The notes under the pieces: model-generated
Databases searched by the model: none
Told to the model about the DNA's origin: nothing
Seen by the model: the letters and a program-made list of their open reading frames with translations, nothing else
Shown here: positions 1 to 9,161 of the stretch, piece after piece
How positions within the stretch are numbered: position 1 is the stretch's first letter
Layout of the letters: every line of letters begins with the position of its first letter
Translations under genes and position numbers: made by a program
Source of the DNA: an uncultured bacterium
Lineage (GTDB): Bacteria > Omnitrophota > Omnitrophia > Omnitrophales > Abzuiibacteriaceae
Assembly: GCA_964387845.1 (NCBI GenBank)
Contig: CAYLXA010000012.1
Coordinates: forward strand, 1-64,000
Reading direction: 5' to 3'
DNA length: 64,000 bases

Positions 1-165
1 AAAAAAAAAAAAAATAAATTTAAAAAAAAAAAATTTTATTAAAAAAAATTTAAAAAATTTAAAAAATAATTTAAAAAAAAAATTTTTTATTATGATTAAA
101 AAATAAATTTTTTAGAGAACAGAAAAATTAAAAACCTTTTGAATTTTTACTTTTTACTTAAAAAA
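1..165. repeat. Extreme A/T low-complexity tract (runs of A and T, almost no G/C)
   Basis: Composition is visible directly. It abuts the 3' end of a minus-strand tRNA-Tyr, while the rest of the window is about 50% GC. Confidence 0.6.
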
Positions 166-248
166 TGGGGAGAGCAGGATTTGAACCTACGTAGGCTTGC
201 GCCAACAGATTTACAGTCTGTCCCCTTTGGCCACTTGGGTAACTCCCC
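166..248 (-). tRNA. tRNA-Tyr (anticodon GUA), long variable arm
   Basis: The reverse complement folds as a cloverleaf. The anticodon loop is cuGUAaa, a long extra arm is present, and the T-loop is GGTTCAAATCC. Confidence 0.8.
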
Positions 249-249
249 G

Positions 250-330
250 TTGCTCAGTCGTAAGTTCTAAGTTGTAAGTGGTAGGTAAAAAAGTTAACAA
301 CTTTGACTTACGACTTACCACTTATCACTG
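250..330 (+). repeat. Intergenic hairpin (gtcgtaagt...acttacgac; GTAAGTGGTA / TTACCACTTATCAC arms)
   Basis: An inverted repeat lies between two tRNAs. The GTGGTAAGT/CTTATCAC core recurs at about 62983–63045. Confidence 0.5.
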
Positions 331-335
331 AAAAA

Positions 336-407
336 AGCCGGCGGAGGGGATTGAACCCCCGACATGCTGTTTACAAAACAGCTGCTCTACCACTGAGCTA
401 CGCCGGC
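336..407 (-). tRNA. tRNA-Thr (anticodon UGU)
   Basis: The reverse complement reads GCCGGCGTAGCTCAGTGGTAGAGC...cuUGUaa...GGTTCAATCC, a cloverleaf. Confidence 0.8.
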
Positions 408-524
408 ATCTCGAATCGTTAATCTTATCAATTTTTAACAAAAATTCAACTGAACTAATTTTCCCAAAGCACCTTGCGCACTCGTCATCTCTTGTATTAA
501 AATCAGCCTTCACGGAGGTTATTT

Positions 525-1304
525 ATGCGAAATTGTCTGATATTGATTTTCTCTCTCTTTTTGTTTTCAACCAACGCTCACGCGAAAGTGGTCGGCCAGG
601 CGGTTGAGTACCAGCACGGCGATGCGGTGCTTGAGGGTTACATGGCCTACGACGACTCGATTGAAGGCAAGCGGCCCGGCGTGGTTGTGGTTCATGAATG
701 GAAAGGCATTAACGAATATTCTAAATCCCGCGCCGAGCAATTGGCCGAACTCGGTTACGTCGGGTTTGCCATTGATATGTACGGCAAGGGCATTCAGGCA
801 AAAGATCACGAGGAAGCCAAAAAGCTTTCGGGGCTTTACAGAAGCGACCGGAATTTAATGCGCGATCGCGCGAAAGCCGCGCTCGATACTTTGACGGCAA
901 ATCCTTTGGTCGATACTTCCAAGATTGCCGCGATCGGCTATTGTTTCGGCGGAACGACTGTTCTCGAAATGGCGCGCGCAGGATTCAATTTAAAAGGCGT
1001 TGCCAGTTTCCATGGCGGCCTCGATACACCGATGCCGGCCGATGCCGAAACGCTCAAAGCCAAAGTCCGCGTGTTCCACGGCGCCGAAGATAAATTTATT
1101 CCAAACGAACATATCGCGAATCTCGCAGCCGAAATGAAAAATGCGAATGCTGACTATAAATTTTTTGCATTTGAAGGCGCAGTCCACAGTTTTACCGTTC
1201 CGAGTGCCGGAAACGATCCTACGAAAGGAGCGGCCTATCACGCGGATGCGGATAAACAGTCGTGGCAGATGTTGAAGGAATTTTTGAAGGAAATTTTTGA
1301 ATAA
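525..1304 (+). CDS. Dienelactone hydrolase family protein with signal peptide
   Basis: An N-terminal signal peptide ends in ...NAHA. The nucleophile motif GYCFGG is present, and the fold is alpha/beta hydrolase-like. Confidence 0.7.
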   Translation: MRNCLILIFSLFLFSTNAHAKVVGQAVEYQHGDAVLEGYMAYDDSIEGKRPGVVVVHEWKGINEYSKSRAEQLAELGYVGFAIDMYGKGIQAKDHEEAKKLSGLYRSDRNLMRDRAKAALDTLTANPLVDTSKIAAIGYCFGGTTVLEMARAGFNLKGVASFHGGLDTPMPADAETLKAKVRVFHGAEDKFIPNEHIANLAAEMKNANADYKFFAFEGAVHSFTVPSAGNDPTKGAAYHADADKQSWQMLKEFLKEIFE

Positions 1305-1308
1305 AAAA

Positions 1309-1385
1309 GCCGTCATCCTGAGGAGCGAAGCGACGAAGGATCTAAGTTCGCAGATCCTTCGGCTTTGCCTCAGGATGACGTTTTT
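1309..1385. terminator. Bidirectional rho-independent terminator / palindromic repeat copy 1
   Basis: GCCGTCATCCTGAGG...CCTCAGGATGACG form a long stem followed by TTTTT. It lies between convergent genes. Confidence 0.7.
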
Positions 1386-1388
1386 GTT

Positions 1389-1733
1389 TTAAATCGCGTC
1401 GTGCCCGGCTTCTCCGGTGCGGATCCGGATACATTCTTCCAATTTTGTGACGAAAATCTTCCCGTCTCCGATTTTCCCTTGCCCGTGCTTGGCGCTTTTA
1501 ATGATCGCTTCGCAAATTTTCTTCACTTGATCATCGTTGCAGGCAATTTCGATTCTCACCTTCGGAATTAAATCCGGCACAATCACTTGGCCGCGATAAA
1601 GTTCTTCATCATCGGCCTGCCGCCCGCGGCCGGTTGCCCTTGAAACCGTCATGCGCGTGATTTGCACAGAGGCCAATGCTTCGCGGACCTCGTGAAGTTT
1701 ATCTGGCTGAAAAACTGCGGTTACGAGTTTCAT
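1389..1733 (-). CDS. glnK: Nitrogen regulatory protein P-II (GlnB/GlnK family)
   Basis: The protein is 114 aa. It has T-loop-like GRGRQ..ELYRG and the C-terminal GKIGDGKIFV motif. It lies adjacent to an ammonium transporter. Confidence 0.8.
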   Translation of the reverse strand: MKLVTAVFQPDKLHEVREALASVQITRMTVSRATGRGRQADDEELYRGQVIVPDLIPKVRIEIACNDDQVKKICEAIIKSAKHGQGKIGDGKIFVTKLEECIRIRTGEAGHDAI

Positions 1734-1744
1734 TTTTTCCTCCC

Positions 1745-3073
1745 TTAATTCACGTTGATGAGGCCGTAGCCGTATTCGCCGTGCAAACTGTGATCCATAC
1801 CGGCTTTTTCATCCATTTCAGTCATTCTGAAGCCGAACAGTTTATCGATCACGAAAACCAGCACGATTGTGACAACCGATGCATAGAGAACCGTAATTCC
1901 GACCGCAGTTACTTGTACTTGCAGCTGTTGCCAAACCGACCAGGATCCGGCAATTGATGCAGCATCTGCCATCCAGCTTGGGCGGATAAAGAACGTGAGC
2001 AAAACAGCGCCCGCCATACCCGCAACGCCGTGGATGCCGAAAACATCCAAAGTATCATCGTAGCCGAGTTTGGTCTTCAGCAAGATTGCGTTGTAGCAAA
2101 TGAAGGATGCAATAATGCCGAGCACAATAGCGCCCGGAACTTGCACCACGCCGGCTGCGGGCGTAATCGCAACGAGCCCTGCCAAAATTCCGCTCGCAAT
2201 CCCAAGACTCGTGGCCTTGCGGTGATGAAAGCCTTCCATAATCATCCAAGCTAACGCACCGGCCGCTGCCGCGACTTGCGTTACGGTAAGCGCCCGCGCC
2301 GTATCAAGGCCGCTTTGAATAGAGCTTCCGGCATTAAAGCCGAACCAGCCAACCCAGAGAAGGCCTGCGCCGGTCAATGTCATGACGAGATTGTTAGGAT
2401 GAGCCGAGATTCGCGGATAATTACGCCGCGCACCTAAATAAAGCGCCATCACAAGCGCGCTAACGCCGGATGAAATATGAACCACTGTGCCGCCCGCGAA
2501 ATCAATTGCGCCTTTTGCGCCCATATTGAAGAGAAAGCCGTCCGACGCCCAAACCCAATGGCAGAGCGGGCAATAAACGAGCAAACTCCACAGCGCGATA
2601 AAAATGCAATAACTTCGGAACTTGACTCTTTCCGCGAATGTTCCCGCGATGAGTGCCGGTGTGATAATCGCGAATTTCCCCTGAAACATGGCGAACACAT
2701 ATTCCGGAATTCCTGCCGGCATGATCGTGTCGTCAATGCCTTTTAGGAAAAGCAAATCCGGATTCCAGCCGATCCAACCGCCCAAAATGCCGGGGCCGAA
2801 GCTGAGCGCATAGCCGCACACGACCCACATGACGCCGATAATTGCCATGGCGGCGAAACTATGCATCATCGTACCGATGACGTTCTTGGTCCGGACGAGG
2901 CCGCCGTAAAACATGGCGAGGCCCGGAATCATTAAGAGAACGAGCGCTGTAGATGTGAGCATCCAAGAAGTGATGCCGGAATCGTTGGTGCCTTGTTCTG
3001 CTGCGAAGCTTAGGGTTGGAAGTAGAAGGGTGAGAAGACCGAAAAATACAAACTTTCTAATTTTAAAACTCAT
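1745..3073 (-). CDS. amtB: Ammonium transporter (Amt family) with signal peptide
   Basis: A 442-aa polytopic membrane protein with Amt-like composition, partnered with PII. Confidence 0.85.
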   Translation of the reverse strand: MSFKIRKFVFFGLLTLLLPTLSFAAEQGTNDSGITSWMLTSTALVLLMIPGLAMFYGGLVRTKNVIGTMMHSFAAMAIIGVMWVVCGYALSFGPGILGGWIGWNPDLLFLKGIDDTIMPAGIPEYVFAMFQGKFAIITPALIAGTFAERVKFRSYCIFIALWSLLVYCPLCHWVWASDGFLFNMGAKGAIDFAGGTVVHISSGVSALVMALYLGARRNYPRISAHPNNLVMTLTGAGLLWVGWFGFNAGSSIQSGLDTARALTVTQVAAAAGALAWMIMEGFHHRKATSLGIASGILAGLVAITPAAGVVQVPGAIVLGIIASFICYNAILLKTKLGYDDTLDVFGIHGVAGMAGAVLLTFFIRPSWMADAASIAGSWSVWQQLQVQVTAVGITVLYASVVTIVLVFVIDKLFGFRMTEMDEKAGMDHSLHGEYGYGLINVN

Positions 3074-3176
3074 CGAAACCTCCCGTTTTGTTTGAGTTCG
3101 GAACGGTGAAAATCATATAATTTTCTACAAAAAAGTAAAGTATAAACTTATAGATGGTAACAAAAATGTATTTGGC

Positions 3177-3569
3177 TCAGGATGTTGAAAATTGATTGCC
3201 GATAATTTCAAATTCCAAGGAGGGGTCGTGATCCGAAATGCCGTGTTTGGCAAGTAAGCTGTGAAGCGGGTGTAATTTGCGGGATTTAAACATGTCAGTA
3301 ATAGGCTCAACAGAATCTGTAAACGTTTTTCCATTTACCGTGACGCGAACGATATCGCCTTCATAGATTTCAACACCGTTTTTATCGAGCACATCCGAGC
3401 TTTCGAGCATAAAGCAATCATCATAGCCGGCACGTTTAACGGGGGTACCTTTGCCGTCATTGGTTCCGCGGTCGTCGTCGCAGAGTAAAATATAAAACCA
3501 CTTTTGGTAGCCGCGGAAATAAAACCGTTTTTCTTTCTTATGCCAAACTCGAAATTTAATTTCTCTCAT
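3177..3569 (-). CDS. YopX-like phage protein (orphan)
   Basis: The N-terminus MREIKFRVW is characteristic of the YopX family. The gene is isolated with no other phage genes nearby. Confidence 0.45.
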   Translation of the reverse strand: MREIKFRVWHKKEKRFYFRGYQKWFYILLCDDDRGTNDGKGTPVKRAGYDDCFMLESSDVLDKNGVEIYEGDIVRVTVNGKTFTDSVEPITDMFKSRKLHPLHSLLAKHGISDHDPSLEFEIIGNQFSTS

Positions 3570-3574
3570 AAAAT

Positions 3575-4021
3575 TTGTTGTACAATAACCGCCTCATGAA
3601 AAGACAACTTCCTATTATATTCATGGTTCTGCTTTTGGCTACGGCAGGTTGCGAACCCACGAATCAGGTAAAGTGGGAACCTTTTAGCGAAGCGAAATTG
3701 ACGGAAGCTGCTCAGCTTGGCAAACCTGCAATTGCATATTTTTACGCCGCTTGGTGCGCGGCTTGTTATGAGCTAAAAATAAAAACTTTCTCCGATTCGC
3801 AAGTCATCACAGCGTTAGAACCTTACGTTCGTTTGAAAGGTGATTTGTCTTTTATACGGTCTGAAGAATCCATGAAAATTTCAAGGCATTACAAAGTCCG
3901 CGGTGTTCCGACGGTTGTTTTATTCGATGCAAAGGGCGAAGCCGTCAAACGTTTTTCCGGTTTTCTCCCGCCTCAAGAATTTTTAAACTTACTTCAACCT
4001 ACGCCGGCTCCCAATGCTTAA
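3575..4021 (+). CDS. Thioredoxin-fold lipoprotein (CxxC: WCAAC); the start may be the Met at 3596
   Basis: A lipobox LLATAGC is present. The WCAACY motif fits a thioredoxin-like fold. Confidence 0.6.
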   Translation: MLYNNRLMKRQLPIIFMVLLLATAGCEPTNQVKWEPFSEAKLTEAAQLGKPAIAYFYAAWCAACYELKIKTFSDSQVITALEPYVRLKGDLSFIRSEESMKISRHYKVRGVPTVVLFDAKGEAVKRFSGFLPPQEFLNLLQPTPAPNA

Positions 4022-4754
4022 TTCACTTCAAATTATTTTGGTGCGTGCTGAAAATCCGGTGAATATCGGGCAAGCGGCGCGTGCCATGCGCAATTTCGGC
4101 GTGACGCAGCTGTCGCTTGTCAATTCCGCGCCGCATCAGGTTCAAGATGCCTATACAACCGGCTGGCGGGGCAAGGAAATTTTGGACCAAGCGAAAGTTC
4201 ACGATTCACTTCCGGCTGCACTGCAAGATTCAATTTTGTCGGTCGGTTTTACGGCGCGAAGCGGCAGGGAACGCGGCGAGCCGCGCTGGCTGATGGATTT
4301 AATCCCGGAAATGATCGAAGCGATGCAGGAAGGGAAAGTGTCGCTTGTATTCGGCAACGAGAAGAACGGGCTTTCCAATGAGGAGCTCGGGCATTGCCAT
4401 AAAATTGCGATGATTCCCGCCGAAACGGAATATTCCTCTCTTAATTTGTCACACGCGGTGTCGATTGCGCTTTTCTCAATTTACAGCAGTCTTGTGACAG
4501 GTAAAAAGAAAACCGTTAATCCTGAGCGCTATTTCACGACGCAAAGCGAATTTGACGAGCTAATGAATGATTTCCGTGAAGTTTTGAGGGTGTTGGGATA
4601 CAATGACGGCAGGCGAGGCGATGTTTTAAGCCGTACGATAAGCCATATCAGTCATTATTTTAAACGAGCAGGGCTGGATCTTCGCGAGTTTCATTTGTTC
4701 AAGGCATTCCTCGCACGGATTCAGAAAAAAGTTACCGAGCAAATGCCGATTTAA
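4014..4754 (+). CDS. SpoU/TrmH-class RNA 2'-O-methyltransferase (TrmJ-like)
   Basis: SPOUT motifs are present (NPVNIGQAARAM, GNEKNGLSNEEL, IPAETEYSSLNLSHAVSIAL). Confidence 0.7.
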   Translation: MLNSLQIILVRAENPVNIGQAARAMRNFGVTQLSLVNSAPHQVQDAYTTGWRGKEILDQAKVHDSLPAALQDSILSVGFTARSGRERGEPRWLMDLIPEMIEAMQEGKVSLVFGNEKNGLSNEELGHCHKIAMIPAETEYSSLNLSHAVSIALFSIYSSLVTGKKKTVNPERYFTTQSEFDELMNDFREVLRVLGYNDGRRGDVLSRTISHISHYFKRAGLDLREFHLFKAFLARIQKKVTEQMPI

Positions 4755-4776
4755 AGTACAAAATGAGAGGAAAATC

Positions 4777-5277
4777 ATGAAAAACGTGTTGTCGGGTTTA
4801 TTTTTAGGAATGGCCTTGCTGGTCACATCATCCATTTATGCAGAGGAGGCCAAAGTGGCACAAGTTGCGGCAGGTAAAACGGTAAAATTTGATTACACGC
4901 TCACGGTTGATGGAAAAACAGTCGACAGTTCTGAGGGTGCAGAACCGTTGCAGTATGTGCACGGACAAAGCCAAATTATTCCCGGCCTTGAGAAACAAAT
5001 GGAAGGTTTGAAAGCCGGAGATGAAAAAGAAGTCGATGTTAAGTCTGACGAAGCATATGGTCCTGTCAATCCGAATGCGTTTGTCGAAGTTCCAAAGGAT
5101 AAATTGCCGGAAGGAGAGCTAAAGCCGGGCCTTCAACTTCATTCCATGGACAAGAGTGGCCAGCCGATCGTTGCAACAATTTCTGAGGTAAAAAAAGATT
5201 CGGTGGTCATGAATCTCAATCATCCGCTTGCGGGCAAGGACCTGCATTTTAAAATCAAAGTGGTTGAGGTTGTTTAA
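4777..5277 (+). CDS. FKBP-type peptidyl-prolyl cis-trans isomerase, secreted
   Basis: A signal peptide is followed by an FKBP domain (DYTLTVDGKTVDSS..., LAGKDLHFKIKVVEV). Confidence 0.7.
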   Translation: MKNVLSGLFLGMALLVTSSIYAEEAKVAQVAAGKTVKFDYTLTVDGKTVDSSEGAEPLQYVHGQSQIIPGLEKQMEGLKAGDEKEVDVKSDEAYGPVNPNAFVEVPKDKLPEGELKPGLQLHSMDKSGQPIVATISEVKKDSVVMNLNHPLAGKDLHFKIKVVEVV

Positions 5278-5975
5278 TGATTCTACTTCGGCTGGCCGGT
5301 GAGCGCGGGCGGACGCAGATTGATTGGTTGGATAGTTATCACACATTTTCATTTGACCAATACTACGATCCGGAGAACACTCATTTTCGAAGTTTGCGCG
5401 TTATCAATGAAGATTTTGTAAAGCCCGGAGCCGGATTTCCGACACACGGCCACCGGGACATGGAAATCATCACCTATGTCTTAGAAGGCGAACTGGCCCA
5501 TCAAGACAGCATGGGAAACGGTTCAACGATCAAACCCGGTGATGTCCAACGCATGAGTGCGGGCTCCGGAGTCACGCACAGCGAATTCAATCACTCCAAG
5601 ACCAATCAGGTTCACTTGCTTCAGATTTGGATTTTCCCAGACAAGAAAGGCCTTGAACCAAGCTATGAGCAAAAGGAATTTAAGAGAGCTGAAAAACTCA
5701 ACCAGCTTTGCCTGGTTGCTTCCGGAAATCCGAAGCAAGGCGCGGTTAAAATGCATCAGGACGCCGATTTGTTTGCCTCGGTTCTGGAAAAAGGAAAGTC
5801 CGTCGAGCATTCCTTGAAGTCCGGCCGGTTTGCGTGGCTTCAAGTCGCGCGCGGTGCTTTGAAATTAAACAATCTTGTCATGGAAGCAGGCGACGGCGCC
5901 GCCGTTAGCGATGAAAAAAGAATCAGCATCTCTGCCGAAAAAGAATCAGAAATTTTATTGTTTGATTTAAATTAA
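5277..5975 (+). CDS. Pirin family protein (cupin)
   Basis: HGHRDMEIITYVLEGE and HSEFNHS are pirin metal-binding motifs. Confidence 0.75.
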   Translation: MILLRLAGERGRTQIDWLDSYHTFSFDQYYDPENTHFRSLRVINEDFVKPGAGFPTHGHRDMEIITYVLEGELAHQDSMGNGSTIKPGDVQRMSAGSGVTHSEFNHSKTNQVHLLQIWIFPDKKGLEPSYEQKEFKRAEKLNQLCLVASGNPKQGAVKMHQDADLFASVLEKGKSVEHSLKSGRFAWLQVARGALKLNNLVMEAGDGAAVSDEKRISISAEKESEILLFDLN

Positions 5976-5978
5976 TTT

Positions 5979-6560
5979 ATGAGTCAAAAACCAAAAATAT
6001 TGGCATTTGCCGGAAGTTTACGAACAGAATCCTACAACAAGAAATTGGTCAAGCTTTCCGTGAGCGGTGCTGAAAAAGCAGGCGCCGAAGTAACTCTCAT
6101 TGATCTGCGCGATTTCCAGCTTCCGATTTTTGACGAAGAACTGGAAGCAAAAAGTGGACTTCCTGAAAACGCGGTCAAACTTAAACAATTATTTCTTACC
6201 CACCAAGGCTTACTGATCTCCTCGCCGGAATACAACAGTTCCATTTCAGGCGTTCTCAAAAATACAATCGATTGGGTTTCGCGAGGCGATCCTCGCGATA
6301 AACCGCTTGCATGCTTTAATCAAAAAATAGCGGGGCTCATGAGCGCTTCGCCGGGTGCTTTGGGCGGATTGCGCGGGCTTGTGCATGTGCGTGCGATTTT
6401 GGGAAATATCAAAGTTCTGGTTTTACCCGAACAAATTGCGATTTCGAAGGCACATGAAGCGTTTAATCCGGACGGAAGTTTGAAAGATGCGCGTCAACAA
6501 TCTTCGGTTGAGAGAATTGGTGCGAGTCTTGCTCATTATGTATCCAAATTGAATTTGTAG
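5979..6560 (+). CDS. NADPH-dependent FMN reductase family oxidoreductase
   Basis: KILAFAGSLR...YN has a flavodoxin-like, ArsH/SsuE-like N-terminus. Confidence 0.65.
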   Translation: MSQKPKILAFAGSLRTESYNKKLVKLSVSGAEKAGAEVTLIDLRDFQLPIFDEELEAKSGLPENAVKLKQLFLTHQGLLISSPEYNSSISGVLKNTIDWVSRGDPRDKPLACFNQKIAGLMSASPGALGGLRGLVHVRAILGNIKVLVLPEQIAISKAHEAFNPDGSLKDARQQSSVERIGASLAHYVSKLNL

Positions 6561-6815
6561 GGTTCCGGGACCGGTTTGGCAACAAAATTCGAGGATTTTG
6601 GAAATCGTCTTTTTCAGGTCTATGTAAAACTTATTGAATTGAACGGAGTCTGGGGTTAATTCTGTAAGTCATTTTATTATAAAGACTTACGTAGTTCTAA
6701 GACAATTTAATAGTTAAGCGCAGGGCTATTAAATGGTTTAAGAAAGACAAAAATGATCAATCTTGACCGGAAAGCCTACTTTTATTCAATTCAGGAATAA
6801 GATAAAATTACTGTA

Positions 6816-9161
6816 ATGGCGAATAATCCGAAGGCTTCCTCACAGCACCAACTCAAAGCGTTGCTGGTCGAGAAGGCGCCCGATGATGCAAAGGCGCTGA
6901 TGAAGATTCTTGACTCGACCAACAACGGCCATGTCTTCGATGTTGCTTGGGTTGACAAACTCGAGTTAGGACTTACCCAATTATCCAAACATCAATTCGA
7001 TGTTGTTCTGCTTGATTTATCACTTGCCGGCCACAGAGGCCTCAACGCTATTTCCAGAATCCGAAACTTGGTTGCTCATGCACCGATTGTAGTCCTCAAC
7101 AATATTCACGACGATGAGTTGATGGTTGAAGCTGCCCGGCAAGGCGCGCAGGATTATATCGTTAAGTCAGAAATCGATGCCAAAACGTTTACGCGGCTAA
7201 TTTTATACGCGATTGAACGTAAGCGTACGGCCGAAGCACTTCAGCAGACCGAAGCCAAGCATCGCCGTCAAAACCGCGTGCTAGAAGAACTCGCCAAGCG
7301 CAAAATTCTTGATTCAGGCGACCTTCGGACGGCTGTGATGGAAATTTCGGAAGCTGCAGCGCGAACGCTCAGTATTGAACGCGTCGGTGTTTGGCTGTTT
7401 GATGATGACCGGCTAAAACTTCATTGCATTGATCTTTTTCAATTATCCACCAAAAACCACTCGAGCGGCGTTGAAATGCTTGCCGTTCAATATCCTACTT
7501 ACTTTGAAGCGCTGAAAGGTGACCGTACAGTCTCCATTAATGATGTGCAGAAAGATGCCCGGACGGTTGAAATCGCGAAAGCGTATTTCGCGCCGCTTGG
7601 TGTCAACTCGGTCTTGGCAATGCCGGTCCGGCTTGGCAGCCAAATGGCAGGCGTGGTTTGCTATGAGCATGTAGGCCCGTCAAAAGCTTGGACTTCGGAG
7701 GAAGAAAACTTCGGTGATTCGATTGCGGATCTGGTATCGCTTGCGCTAGAAGCGTTTGAAGAAAGGCGCGTCAACCGCTTGGCGTATCACGACCGGCTGA
7801 CGGACCTTCCGAATCAAATGCTTCTCATGGACCGTTTGAATCAAGCGATCATTGCCGCGCGGTTTTACAATCAAATGGTTGCGGTTTTATTTATCGATTT
7901 AGACCAGTTGAAACGTATCAATGCCACTTTGGGGCATGCTTCGGGCGATCAATTGCTGCAGGCTGTTGCCGACCGTTTGCGGAAAGCGCTTTATGAAACT
8001 GATACCGTAACCAGAATCGGCGGTGATGAATTTGCTGTCCTCCTTCCGAAAATTACGCGCATGCAGGATGTGACGCGCGTCACCGAGAAAATTTTTAACG
8101 CACTTACGCCTTCCTTTATGATCAGCGGCCGCGAGATTTCCGTTAATTCCAACATCGGTGTCAGCATTTTCCCGAATGACGGAGAAGACGCCGAAACGCT
8201 TCTGAACAACGCCAATGCCGCAGTGACGGTTGCCAAGGAGCAAGGTCGAAACAGTTATCAATTTTATTCGCCTGCCATGAATGCGCATTCACTGGAACGG
8301 CTCGTGATTGCCAACGACCTTCGCCAGGCCATGCAGAACCAGGAATTGCGGGTTTATTATCAACCGATTGTTGATTTGGAAACGGGAAAGATCGCGGGCG
8401 CCGAAGCGCTTGTCCGGTGGGAGCGGCCGCATGTGGGCTTGGTATCGCCTGCGAAATTTATTCCGGTTGCGGAAGAAACGGGACTTATTGTTCCGATCGG
8501 TGAATGGGTATTGCGGACGGCATGTATTCAAAACAAGAAATGGCAGGCCTCAGGGCTTTCGCCGATTAATATTTCGGTGAACGTTTCGCCTCACCAATTT
8601 TATCAATCCAATTTGCCTGAACTTGTCGCGAAGGTGCTTACGGAGTCGGGCCTCAATCCAACCCATCTTAAACTTGAAATTACAGAAACCGCCATCATCC
8701 AAAACGCCGAGCAAACGATCAAGGCTCTGCATGAATTAAGCGCCATGGGCGTCAAGCTTTCGATCGATGATTTCGGAAAAGGGTATTGGCCGCTCAGTTA
8801 TTTGACGAGTTTCCCGATTGACCATCTAAAAATCGATTTATCCTTTGTCCAAAACGTTACACAAAACCCGAACGACCGGGCCATCGTCAAAGCGATTATA
8901 TCGATGGCACACAGCTTGAAGCTCGAAGTCGTTGCCGAGGGCGTTGAAACCGAGGATCAGCTTGAATTTTTTCAAAGAAGCAGTTGCGATTTTGTGCAAG
9001 GGTATTTATTTAGCAAGCCGGTTCCGATCCAGGAGTTTACCAAAATGCTTTCTGAAGATAAGAAGTTGGACCTAAAAAAAGTCAAAGTTTCCAGATCGTC
9101 CGGCACCAACGGCCACAGCCGCAAATCCGTTCGCCCCATTTCGACGCGTCCCACCAAATGA
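6816..9161 (+). CDS. c-di-GMP signalling protein: REC–GAF–GGDEF–EAL
   Basis: The REC domain has phospho-Asp in VVLLDLSL, but the conserved Thr is replaced by Asn (VVLNN). GGDEF is intact (RIGGDEF). EAL is intact (EALVRW, DDFGKGY, KIDLSFV, EGVET). Confidence 0.85.
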   Translation: MANNPKASSQHQLKALLVEKAPDDAKALMKILDSTNNGHVFDVAWVDKLELGLTQLSKHQFDVVLLDLSLAGHRGLNAISRIRNLVAHAPIVVLNNIHDDELMVEAARQGAQDYIVKSEIDAKTFTRLILYAIERKRTAEALQQTEAKHRRQNRVLEELAKRKILDSGDLRTAVMEISEAAARTLSIERVGVWLFDDDRLKLHCIDLFQLSTKNHSSGVEMLAVQYPTYFEALKGDRTVSINDVQKDARTVEIAKAYFAPLGVNSVLAMPVRLGSQMAGVVCYEHVGPSKAWTSEEENFGDSIADLVSLALEAFEERRVNRLAYHDRLTDLPNQMLLMDRLNQAIIAARFYNQMVAVLFIDLDQLKRINATLGHASGDQLLQAVADRLRKALYETDTVTRIGGDEFAVLLPKITRMQDVTRVTEKIFNALTPSFMISGREISVNSNIGVSIFPNDGEDAETLLNNANAAVTVAKEQGRNSYQFYSPAMNAHSLERLVIANDLRQAMQNQELRVYYQPIVDLETGKIAGAEALVRWERPHVGLVSPAKFIPVAEETGLIVPIGEWVLRTACIQNKKWQASGLSPINISVNVSPHQFYQSNLPELVAKVLTESGLNPTHLKLEITETAIIQNAEQTIKALHELSAMGVKLSIDDFGKGYWPLSYLTSFPIDHLKIDLSFVQNVTQNPNDRAIVKAIISMAHSLKLEVVAEGVETEDQLEFFQRSSCDFVQGYLFSKPVPIQEFTKMLSEDKKLDLKKVKVSRSSGTNGHSRKSVRPISTRPTK

